From positions 1,056,001-1,120,000 of the forward strand of contig CM000154.2 of NCBI GenBank assembly GCA_000004695.1: a stretch of DNA of 64,000 nt, in the 5' to 3' direction. A program made the position numbers and the translations under genes. The notes beneath the pieces were generated by a model, which saw only the letters and a program-made list of their open reading frames with translations, searched no databases and was not told where the DNA came from. Shown here piece after piece: positions 21,295 to 33,132 of the stretch. The first letter of the stretch is position 1. Each line of letters opens with the position of its first letter. The stretch is from Dictyostelium discoideum (taxonomy: Eukaryota).

Positions 21295-22549
21295 ACTACT
21301 ACTACAAGTAATATTTTGACCGAAAATAATAGTGGAAGTGGAGTTTTAAATGGAAATGGGAGTGGAAATAGTGTTAGTCCGAATAATAGAAAAAATGGGT
21401 TTCAGTCACCAATCGAATTAAATTCATCATCATCATCATCGTCACAATCATCACCAAATTCCAAAAATAAAATCACAAACAACAATAATTCCATCAATAA
21501 TAATAATAATTCAACATCAGGTACACCATCATCTACAAATACAACACCTTCATCCCAAGTTAATCGAGTTGGAAATAACGGTCAAGTTATTGAAGTTATT
21601 TCATCACCGTCTCCTCCAAAGGATGGAAAGCAGCCATCGACATTATCAAATTCAACGACAACTACAGCCACATCATCATCATCATCATCAACGACATTAT
21701 CGACGACTACAACCACTACCACAACAGCAAATGCTACAAATAATTCGGCTGCCAGTATTTCCAATAATAGTAATACTAACAATGGAAATGGAAATGGTAG
21801 TAGTAATAGCAATAGTAGTAGTGGTGGCTCTCCGCCTTCAGGTCCAACAGTTGTAAAGCCAAAGCCAAAGCCAAATAGATCACCAAGCTCACTAGCAAGA
21901 AGAAGGGAACAACATCGTGAACATGAAAGACAGAGAAGACTAAAACAAAAACAACTCCTCTCCTCTGCCCAAGACCTAAGACAAGAGAATGCCAACCTAT
22001 TATTTACCAACACTCAGTTAAGCCAAGATCTCCAAAATATTCAACAAAACTTTAAAGAGTTGCACCAATCCCACCAAAATCTAGTTAACACCGTCAATTT
22101 ACTCTCCTACGAAAATCAACAGTTGAAAAAAGAGTTGGAATGCATTCAATCCACCTTGTTTCCACTTTTTCATCAAAATAACTCGTATCAATACATTAGT
22201 CAATTACCTCATCAACAAGTTCAAATTCAAGGAATGCAACAATCTCAAATGGATCATCTATCGAAACATAACGATCATCAACATCAACAACAACACCAAC
22301 AACACCAACAAAACCAGCACCATCAACACCAACAACAACAACAGCAACAACAAATCCAACTCCAACAACAACTCCAAAACTCAAACTATATGCACGATAG
22401 CTTCAATCAATCAAGAACTAATAATCAACCAAACTTTTTAAACAACTATAATAACTCTAAAAACAATTACAATACTAATAATAATAATAATAATAATAAC
22501 AATAATAGTAATAATAATAGTAATAATAATAATAATATTAATAATAATA

Positions 22550-22626
<77 letters not shown>

Positions 22627-22650
22627 CATAATAATAATAACAATAATAAC

Positions 22651-22683
<33 letters not shown>

Positions 22684-22684
22684 C

Positions 22685-22736
<52 letters not shown>

Positions 22737-22800
22737 TAATAATAGTAATAATAATAATAATAATAATAACAGTAATAATAATAATAATAATAATATTAAC

Positions 22801-22843
<43 letters not shown>

Positions 22844-23112
22844 TTAATAATAATAATAATATTAATAATAATTTTATTCAAAATAATAATAACTCAACCA
22901 CAGGAGGAAATAATAGTGGCAATAATGGTGTAACAAATAAATTAAATGAATTTCAACAAAGTAGAGTTCAGACAAATCTTGATCAAAATCAAATGCACCA
23001 TCAAATCCAATATCAAAACCAATACTATACTCAATATCCTCAACAACAAAATCAAACTCAACAACAACCACAACAAACACTCATTCAACAAAATCAACTT
23101 TATCAAAATTAA
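20263..23112 (+). CDS. Poly-Asn/Gln-rich nuclear-type protein (949 aa) with a basic region plus leucine-zipper/coiled-coil; bZIP- or bHLH-ZIP-like putative transcription factor
   Basis: Track ORF 20263..23112. ..RRREQHREHERQRRLKQKQLLSSAQDLRQENANLLFTNTQLSQDLQNIQQNFKELHQ.. (about 21880-22110) resembles a bHLH basic region (H-N-x-x-E-R-x-R-R) followed by heptad Leu repeats. Most of the rest is low-complexity sequence. Confidence 0.45.
22476..22872. repeat. (AAT)n trinucleotide repeat of about 400 bp. It is coding (poly-Asn) within the 20263..23112 gene.
   Basis: Seen directly. Track ORF 22438..22881 (poly-Ile, minus strand) is an artefact. Confidence 0.9.
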
Positions 23113-23939
23113 ATTTTAATCATTATTTTATTTTTTTTTCACTATCAATATTTGGAGATGGAAAAAAGAAAAAAGCAAAAAGCAAAAAAAAAAGAACGCC
23201 AACAATGCCAACAAAATAAAGTCAACATTTCAAGCAGAAATCGACCAAAGAGTCCATTTTCTTTTTTTTTTTTTTTATTTCTTCTTTTTTCCTTCTCTCT
23301 TTTTTTTTCCTCAACTTGTACAGATATAAAAAATTTAAATCAATTTTTTTTTTTTTATTTTTTTTTTTTATACAACTATCTTGATATTAAACAATTAATA
23401 AATTAATTATATTTCAAGAAATTGAAAATTAAGGTTTTTCAGTTTCGATAATTTAAATATTTATTTATACTAATTTATTAATTTATTTATTTATAAATAT
23501 ATATATATATATATTTTTTTTTTTTAATTATTTATTATTTCATTGTATAAATATAAATAAAAATAAAAATATATTATTTATTTATTTTTTATTTATTTAT
23601 CTGTTTATTTATTAATTAGTTTTTTATTTATTTATTTATTTATTTCATTGTATTTATTTTTTTTTTTCTTTTTTTTTTTTTTTTTATTTATTTATTTATT
23701 TATTTCATTATTTGAATATTAAGTTTGGCCAGACATAAAAATTTCAGTATGAAAAGTAATTTTATTCGTCACTGGTCAATTGATCCTCTTTTTATTTTTT
23801 ATTTATTTATTTATTTCATTATTTTTTTTTTTTTTTTTTTTTTATTAATAATTTTTTTTATTAACAATTTTTTTTTATTTTTTTATTTAATTTTTTTTTT
23901 TTTTCAATTTCAAAATTTAATTTAAAAAAAAAACAATTG

Positions 23940-23946
23940 CCCACAA
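23940..23946 (+). promoter_or_regulatory. CCCACAA heptamer (resembles the DUSE upstream element [AT]CCCA[CT]AA) 38 nt upstream of the 23984 ATG
   Basis: The motif is seen in the sequence, but its function is not established and a chance match in A-rich DNA is possible. Confidence 0.15.
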
Positions 23947-23983
23947 AAAACATTAATTAATTTTCTTATCAAAAATAAAAAAA

Positions 23984-24124
23984 ATGGAATCAAAAAAAGA
24001 ACAACAAATTTATGAAGTTACTGCTGAAGTAGATATTTCAATTATTAATGAATGGGAAAATTGGATTGTTGAACATGTCAGAGGTAAAAAAAAAAAAAAA
24101 AATAAAAATAAAATAAAATAAAAA

Positions 24125-24157
<33 letters not shown>

Positions 24158-24499
24158 TAATAATAATATTTTTTATATTTATTTTTTTATTACAATTTAG
24201 AAATTGTTGCTTTGGATGATGGCAATATATTCTCAAAAGGTGTAATTAATAGATTAAATAACTCACTCTTAGGATCACTTCCAGATGAGAAATCAACAAC
24301 AACAACTTCAACCTATGTAATGCAATACACCGCAGTCAATGAAACTTCAATTACAACCTACATTCAAAAATATGCACCAACTTTAAGAAAAGCTGTGCCT
24401 GCATTTGCTGATAAAATAAAAACATCAAGAAGAATTTTGGTGGAATATAAAACAATTAGCAACCCACCACAAACCAAAAACTTTGGTTATGTATTTTAA
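23984..24499 (+). CDS. Small conserved hypothetical protein (132 aa; DUF4286-like alpha/beta fold suspected), two exons: join(23984..24083,24201..24499).
   Basis: ATG at 23984, donor GTAAAA at 24084 (phase 1), acceptor ..caatttag at 24200. It joins to track ORF 24212..24499 as MESKKEQQIYEVTAEVDISIINEWENWIVEHVR|EIVALDDGNIFSKGV.. Confidence 0.5.
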
Positions 24500-24695
24500 A
24501 TTAATTAAAATAAAATAAAAAAAAAAGAATAACATTCAAATAATTGGTTTTGTTTTATTTTTTATTTTTTTTTATTTTTTTTATTTTTAAATGATGCTGA
24601 AGTAATAGGTATTGAATGACGAGGTGATGAGGGTGGTGTTGAGTGGTTCATTGGTGGTTGATTAATTAAATAAAATTGTTGTAGTAATTGTGTTG

Positions 24696-24746
<51 letters not shown>

Positions 24747-25096
24747 TATTAAATTGAGTTTTTCAAAACAAATAATCATAATATATTATTATTTTGGGTA
24801 TTGAACAAGAAAAAAGAACACCATTTTTATTTTTCCTTTTTTAATATTTTTGTTTTAATAATCCAATTTTTAAAAAATTAAAAAATAGTATCAAAAATGG
24901 GAATTAAAGATCCATTTATTATAAAAACACATTTTTAAGAAAGAATATATATATACAATACATTTATTTTAAAATGTGTATCTAAAAAATTTTTAATTAT
25001 ATAAAAAATGTTTTTAGTATGTATTTTTTTTTTTTATTATTTTTTATATATTATTATTATTTTTTTTTTTATTATTTTTTGATATTATTAATCAAA

Positions 25097-26226
<1,130 letters not shown>

Positions 26227-26277
26227 CAATACCAAATAAAAAAATAATATCGATTTAAACTATCATAACAATAAATT

Positions 26278-26412
26278 TTATTTATTTTTTATATTTTTTT
26301 TAATTTGTGGAAATTGTCCACCTTCAAATACAATTGGTTCATGGCCTGGACCTTCTGGAAACACATTATGTAATTTTGTATATTCATTAAATTTGTTTGA
26401 CACCCAAAGAGT
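26278..26412 (-). CDS. Orphan terminal exon (44 codons plus stop) of an unresolved minus-strand gene
   Basis: Acceptor ..tataaaag|ACTCTT.. then TLWVSNKFNEYTKLHNVFPEGPGHEPIVFEGGQFPQIKKNIKNK*. Codon usage is good and the other frames are closed. No upstream exon: only 210 bp of repeats separate it from the Akirin stop codon. Confidence 0.25.
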   Translation of the reverse strand, partial: TLWVSNKFNEYTKLHNVFPEGPGHEPIVFEGGQFPQIKKNIKNK

Positions 26413-26460
26413 CTTTTATATTTCTAAATAGTGCCAAATATATAAAAAAAAAAAAAATAT

Positions 26461-26560
26461 CAAATTATAATACCAAATCAATATATAATTCTTAGGAATA
26501 AAGAAAAAAAATTGCTCAAATTATAATACCAAATCAATATAAAATTCTTTGGAATAAAAA
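26461..26560. repeat. Two copies of a ~43-bp direct repeat at period 56 bp (CAAATTATAATACCAAATCAATATAWAATTCTTWGGAATAAA)
   Basis: Seen directly at 26461..26503 and 26517..26560. Confidence 0.8.
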
Positions 26561-26631
26561 AAAAAAAAAAAAAATTTTAATAAAGAAAAAAAAAAAAAAG
26601 TATATTATATATATTTATTAAAACATTTATT

Positions 26632-27055
26632 TTAAGAGATGTAACTATATTCGCTCTCTTTCATTTGTCTTGATAAATAATCTTCATTATACCTTGAGAA
26701 ACATTGGTATTGTTCGATTAATTTCTCCTTTACAATTTTTTCATACTCTTGTTTAAGATTTTCCTCGTTTTGTTTAACTGCCTTCTTTACAATTTCTTCG
26801 ACTTCGGCTAAAGTAAAGAGTTTTTGTTGTTGTTGTTGTTGTGGTTGTGGTTGTTGGAAATTAAATGTATTTGTATTGTTCATGTTTGCTTGTATATTGT
26901 TATTGGTATTAATATTATTATTATTATTATTGTTATTATTATTATTATTTATTCTTGTATGTGGTTCTTTATTTTTAATATTATCTAAAATTTGATCAAG
27001 AGGTGATTGTACTTCATTAAAAAATTGATATTCTGATCTAGTTCTTTGTTGTTGC

Positions 27056-27092
<37 letters not shown>

Positions 27093-27264
27093 GATATCTA
27101 AATCTTTTGGCTTGTCCGTCGTAATCGTTATCAAATGTAGGAGTGGATCTAATAGATGGGCAAGGGGAATGAGTATTTGTTGAACCAATATTGTTGTTAT
27201 TGGTATTATTATTATTATTGTTATTATCACTATAGGAGTCGAAATTTCTTTTAAGTTTTAACAT
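26632..27264 (-). CDS. Akirin family nuclear protein (210 aa)
   Basis: Track ORF 26632..27264. The C-terminus ..QQKLFTLAEVEEIVKKAVKQNEENLKQEYEKIVKEKLIEQYQCFSRYNEDYLSRQMKESEYSYIS* aligns with human AKIRIN2 ..[64 protein letters not shown], including the terminal SY(V/I)S. Poly-Q/N internal tracts. Confidence 0.8.
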
Positions 27265-27339
27265 TTTATAAAAAGAGTGAATATATTTAAAGTTTATTAT
27301 ATTTGATAATGGTGAAATTGTTATTTAATGATAATATAT

Positions 27340-27341
27340 GT

Positions 27342-27436
<95 letters not shown>

Positions 27437-27438
27437 TT
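27340..27438. repeat. (TTTA)n tetranucleotide microsatellite of about 25 units
   Basis: Seen directly. Track ORF 27303..27521 (LFIY repeats) is an artefact. Confidence 0.9.
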
Positions 27439-27886
27439 ATTTTTTTTTTTTTGTTGTAAATACAACAGATTTTTTTTATATTTTTTTATTTATTTATTAT
27501 TATTGTAAAATCGTAAATTGAAAAAAAAAATTAAATGATATATAGTTTTATAATAAATATTATTAACAAAAATTTATTATAATTTGTTTTGAAAAGTTGG
27601 TGGTACAAAAAAAAAAAAAATTAAATTAAAAAAAAAAAAAAAAATTTTTAAATTTATATAAAAAAAAAAAAAAAAAAGAAAAAAAAAAATAAAAAAAATT
27701 AAAAAAAAATAAAAATTAAAAAAAATAAAAATTAAAAAAAAAATAAAAATAAAAATAAAAATAAAAAATATTCCAAAAAATAAAGAAATAAAAAAACGAA
27801 ATTAATTAACCGTTGAAAAATTATTTAGTCAAAAAAAAAAAAAAAAAAGTAGGAATGCAAAAAAAGTTAACTTTTATTTTATATTA

Positions 27887-27991
27887 GGAAATTTTGATTA
27901 TTGATTCTTTTATTTTTTTTTTTTTTTTATTATTTTTACCTTTTTTTATATTATTTTATTTTATTTTATTTTATTTTATTTATTTATCTAT

Positions 27992-28034
<43 letters not shown>

Positions 28035-28085
28035 TTATTTATTTATTTATTTATTTGGAAATTTTGATTATTGATTCTTTTATTT
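27887..28085. repeat. Perfect 29-bp direct repeat (GGAAATTTTGATTATTGATTCTTTTATTT at 27887..27915 and 28057..28085) flanking a T-rich/(ATTTT)n/(ATTT)n block
   Basis: Seen directly. Confidence 0.85.
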
Positions 28086-28261
28086 AAATTTATAATTATT
28101 ATTATTTTTTTTTTTGAAGAAATTCTAACAGGGTATCAAAAAAAAAAAAAAAAACCAAAATTTAAAAACTTATTTTTTTTTAATATTTTCATTTTCATTT
28201 TTAATTTTATTTTTTTTTCAATTCACTGACACAAAAAAAAAAAAAAAAAAAAAAAACCCAA

Positions 28262-29438
28262 ATGAACTTCAGTTCAATTAATAAAAATAAACAAAGACAA
28301 ATTAGGAAAAAAGTGATTGAAACTGAAGAAAATAATGAAGATGATGAAAAAAAGAAATTAGAAAATGAAAATGAAAATGGAAATGAGAATGAACAAACTA
28401 TAAAATCAATAGTAGTAGAACAAGCAAAAAAGAAAAAAGGTGCAAATACATTTTCAACAAAGAATAAAATTGCAAAGAAAGCAACATTAAATTTATTTAG
28501 TTTTGGTGAAGATGAAGAAAATGGTGAACAAGAACAAGATAGTGAACAACAACAACAACAACAATTCAATAGTAGTATAAAATTTAATCCAATCTCTGTT
28601 AGAAAAAATGATTCAATATTTGAAGATTCAAAAACTACCACTATCAATAATGAATCATTAGGTCAATATACAACAGAAATGATCAATTCATTAAAAAAAA
28701 ATACATCTTCAAAACCTACAAAATCATCTTCAAATGATAATAATCATAATGATAATAATCATAATGATAATAATGATATTGATTATAAAATGGATATAGA
28801 TCATCAACAATTCAAAGATGATCATGATGATAAAGAGAATACTACCTCATCATCATCATCATCATTTACAATACCAACTGTTGAACAAATTAAATTAGCA
28901 AAGGAGAAAAGACAAAGAGTCAGAGATGGTAAATGGCAAGACACAACTGAAAAATCATCATCATCATCAACATCAACATCAAAATCATTATCAAAAGATT
29001 TCTTACCATTAAAAGTGAGTGCTAATAATGGTAATGATAAAGATGACAATGATAATGGATCACGTTTAATTAGAGAAGAGGATGATGACGATGAAATGGA
29101 AGAGTATAATATTAAACCTAGCAACACAATTAAATTTGGCGATCCTGGTAAATCAAATAAAAGAGATGAGGTTGGACAAGCTGTAAATATTGAAAATAGT
29201 AAAAATAAAAATGATGACCAAGATGAAGATGAAGATGAAGATGAAGAAATTATAAGATGGAGATTAGAACAAATTAAAAAAGGTGGTGGATTAAAAGATT
29301 CACAATTACAATCAATTGAATTTCAAAAAAGAAAAATGGAAAAGGAATTATTATTATTGGGTCCATCATCTGAAAATAGTTTATCACCATATTATAAATC
29401 ATCATCATATTTAATTAATAGTCCAAAATTATCAAATA

Positions 29439-29473
<35 letters not shown>

Positions 29474-30483
29474 CAACAACAACACTCATTTATTGAATCG
29501 ATTTGTAAAGATTTAAATTCAATTTTAATTCAATTAAATGAAGTTAAACATAATCATGAATCAGAATTTGAAAAAGTACAAGAGGCATTAAGAGATAGTG
29601 TTATTCAATTATCAATTATGGAATCAGAGAAACATGTTTCACATGATCAATACATCTATTATGATGAAATAAAGAGTTATTGTAATAATATGATTGATTG
29701 TCTTTCTGAGAAAATACCACAAATTGAGCAATTGGATGATAAATATATAGAACTATTAAAAGATTATGCATATGATATTAGAAAACAGTTTAAACAAACT
29801 TTACATGATCAAATTAATGATATTCAAGATAATGAATTATCAAATAATAATAAAATTTCATTTAATAATAAAGAAGGAGAGGATAAAGAAGATTTAGATG
29901 AATTTGGTAGAGATAGAAGTCATTATGAAAAATCATCAAGAAAGAAAAGATTAGAACAATATAAACAATTAATTGTTTCTTTAAATAATACAGATGGAAA
30001 TGATGATTTTAAATTACATCAAATTAGTGATGAAAATTTTTATAAGAATGAAAAAGAAAAGATATTAAATTCAATTAAAAGCATTATGGATGATGTTGAC
30101 CCTGATTTTTGTGATATCAATTATATAGCTGACAAATTCAAACATTGGAAATCAAAAGATTTAAAGTCTTATCAAAAAGCTCAAATGCCATTTATTATGC
30201 CATCAATTTTAGCCCCATTTATAAGATTACAAATGATTGATTGGTCACCTTTGGATGATATATATTTCGATACAATGAGTTGGTATAATCAATTATTTTC
30301 ATATGGTGGTGGTGGTGGTGATGATGATGATATTTTAATTCCAAAATTAGTTGAAAAAATCATTATACCAAAAGTTGAAACTTTTATAACCTATATTTGG
30401 AATCCACTTTCAAAATCACAAACTACAAATTTAAAGAATACAATTGATGAAATTTTAATATATATTAATGATGAAAATCATCA

Positions 30484-30557
<74 letters not shown>

Positions 30558-30848
30558 TAAATCAAGAAGTTAAATTTTTATTCTCACAAATTTTATCAAC
30601 ACTAAATTATAGTATAAGTAATGGTAATTTATTAATACCATATTCAAATAGGGATTTAACTTTTTCAATTAAAATGTATATGTATTCTTTGACAATGTTG
30701 GATAGTATTAAAATTTGGTCTTCAAATTATCAATATATTCAATTGGATTCATTAATGAATTTATCGGATGATATTATCGATTTTCAAATTTTACCATTTT
30801 TACATAAAATTTATTCATTACAACATCATCATAATTATCAACAACACC

Positions 30849-30882
<34 letters not shown>

Positions 30883-31093
30883 GCAATCATTCAATATTGA
30901 TAATTTATTTTATTTATTTGAATTATTTTATCAATATTTATTAACTTTACCATGGTCAAATAAAAAGTATAAATCATCTGTCATTTCTTTATTATTAAAA
31001 CTTAAAAACGATCATGAAAATGAAAATGGTGGTTTATTAAACGTTGAAAACTTTTCAAAATTAAATAATCTTTATATACCTTATTTTACTTAA
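28262..31093 (+). CDS. GCFC-domain protein (GC-rich sequence DNA-binding factor / PAXBP1 / NTR2 family), 943 aa
   Basis: Track ORF 28262..31093. The C-terminal region ..DPDFCDINYIADKFKHWKSKDLKSYQKAQMPFIMPSILAPFIRLQMIDWSPLDDIYFDTMSWYNQLFSYGG..LIPKLVEKIIIPKVETFITYIWNPLS.. parallels human PAXBP1 ..LNPLIRLQLLTWNPLE..FENMSWFESLLFYG..LLPGVVEKVILPKVTRLVEHCWDPLS... Acidic/Lys-rich N-terminus. Confidence 0.7.
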
Positions 31094-31650
31094 AAAGAAA
31101 AAAAAAAATAAAAAAAAAAAATTAAATAAAAAAAAAAGTCACCCATACCATGACCTTTCAATGATGATAAGTCACCAAAAAAAAAAAAAAATAGTTAAAA
31201 ATTATGATAAGTTACCCAGATCAAACCTTTTTTTTTTTCATATGAATTTTATCATTTTTTTTCAATTTTAACCAATCAAAAAAAAAAAAAAAAAAAAAAA
31301 AAAATTGTTTTTCAACAGATATTTTTGATTTCAGTTTAAAAAATTTCAGATAAAAAATATCTTTGAAAAAAAAAAAAAAAAATTAAAAATTAATTAAAAA
31401 AAATTAAATTGTTGAAAAAAACAAATCAAATTCTAAAAAAGAGGCACTTTTTAACTGAATTTGTGTGATTTTATGAACCATCTCCCAACTGACACCGATT
31501 AGCCTCATTACTTTTTTTTTTTTTTCTTTAATTTTAAAATATTTTTTTTTTTATTTTTTAATTTTTAAAATAAAAAAAAAAAAAAAAAAAAACTATAAGA
31601 AAAAAAAAAAAAAAAAAATCAGTCAAAATTCATATTTACAAATAAATAAA

Positions 31651-31796
31651 ATGCCTTTACCACTTGTCACCAGAAAATCATTACGTGATAATGAAGAAAA
31701 ATTAAAAGAGAATGTTGAAAAAATTCAACAAGCTCTCGGTGTTGAATGGACTTATGAATTTGATTTTGAAACCATCTTAGCCAAATGCACTGAAGT

Positions 31797-31836
<40 letters not shown>

Positions 31837-32597
31837 AAAAATAAAATAAAATAAAATAATAAATATTAATTTTTTATTATTTTTTTTTTTTAATTTTTAT
31901 TTTCCAGGAATATGTTAAAAATGATCTTGGTGGTTTATTCTATAAAGACATCGCTGGAAATATTGCAGATTGTATTGAAAGATGCAGTAAAGATGAAATG
32001 TCAAAAGAAGCTCTTGTTGAAGCCAATACCGCACAAAAGATTGTTCTCATCCCAAATGATGATAAAAAATTCAATTCCTATTGGAAATATGAATTTGTTA
32101 ATGGTGAATTAAGAGTTTACTTCAAACCAAACATTTGCAATGTTAGCGATCTCTCTTATTTTAAACTTGAGACTATCATTCCATCACCAGGTGTTTACTC
32201 ATTACCAGCTCGTATTAATCTTAAAGAGAAACAAGAGAAATTCACCGAATCCTTAGAAAAAGTTAAAGCTGTCACTAAAATGGAATGGACTCTCGATGAA
32301 TCATCATTGGAAACTGTTTATCCATCATTAGAGAAATCTTATCAAGATAGAATCGGTGAAATCTTTGCAGAAATTCTCGATTACGCTTGTGAAAATATTG
32401 TCAAACGTTGTGGTGATGAAATGGTTTGTGAAGCTGTTCAAGAAGCATGTCCAAGTGGTAAAATCGTTTTCAAATTCGATGCTAAACAATCTGAGTATTG
32501 GAAATGGAAATTTGCTGATGGTGAACTCCACATTTCATTCAAATCAATTTGTAACACCAGTGATAACTGTTACTATGATTTTGAAAAATTATTATAA
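31651..32597 (+). CDS. Hypothetical 277-aa protein with an internal duplication, two exons: join(31651..31794,31908..32597).
   Basis: ATG at 31651, donor GTAAGT at 31795, acceptor ttttccag at 31907, in frame with track ORF 31998..32597. The two repeated modules are ..KKFNSYWKYEFVNGELRVYFKPNICNVSDLSYFKLE.. and ..QSEYWKWKFADGELHISFKSICNTSDNCYYDFEKLL. Confidence 0.55.
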
Positions 32598-33132
32598 ATA
32601 TATTAATATATTTTTAAAAAAAAAAAAAAAAAAATGTAAAATATAATTTATAATTAAATAAAATTAAATTAAGTTATAAATTTAAAAATTGTTTTTATTA
32701 CTATTATTATTATTATAATTTTTATTTTATTAATTTTTTTAATTTGGTTTAACAAAAAAAAAAAACTTTTAAAAAAAATTTTAATTTATTTTTTATTTTT
32801 TAATTTTTTTATTTTTTTGAACTCTTTCCATATACAGACAAAATAAAATATCTTTTTTTTTATTTTTCACTTTTTATTTTTTTATATTTTTTTTGGGTAT
32901 TTATAATTAAAAAAATATTTTATGATGAAAGGAAGATGATGTGTTATACATAATTCAACAATTCAAAGAAAAAAAAATATCTTTTTTTTTTTTTTCAATT
33001 TTTTTTTTTTTTTTAATCTTTCTTATTTAATTCTTTTTTTTTTGTTTTTTTTAGTTTTTTTTTTAGTTTTTTTTTTTTTGTTGCACACAATTAAAAAATT
33101 TAGATAATAGAAAAAAAAAAAAAAAAAAAAAA

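Noticed and set aside
23725-23925. ORF 23725..23925 (TTG start; poly-F hydrophobic peptide) and similar A/T-driven ORFs (23152..23406, 12500..12751, 19702..20100, 44002..44256)
   Set aside because: Their composition is dictated by poly(T)/poly(A) runs in intergenic or UTR DNA. They have no ATG or splice support.
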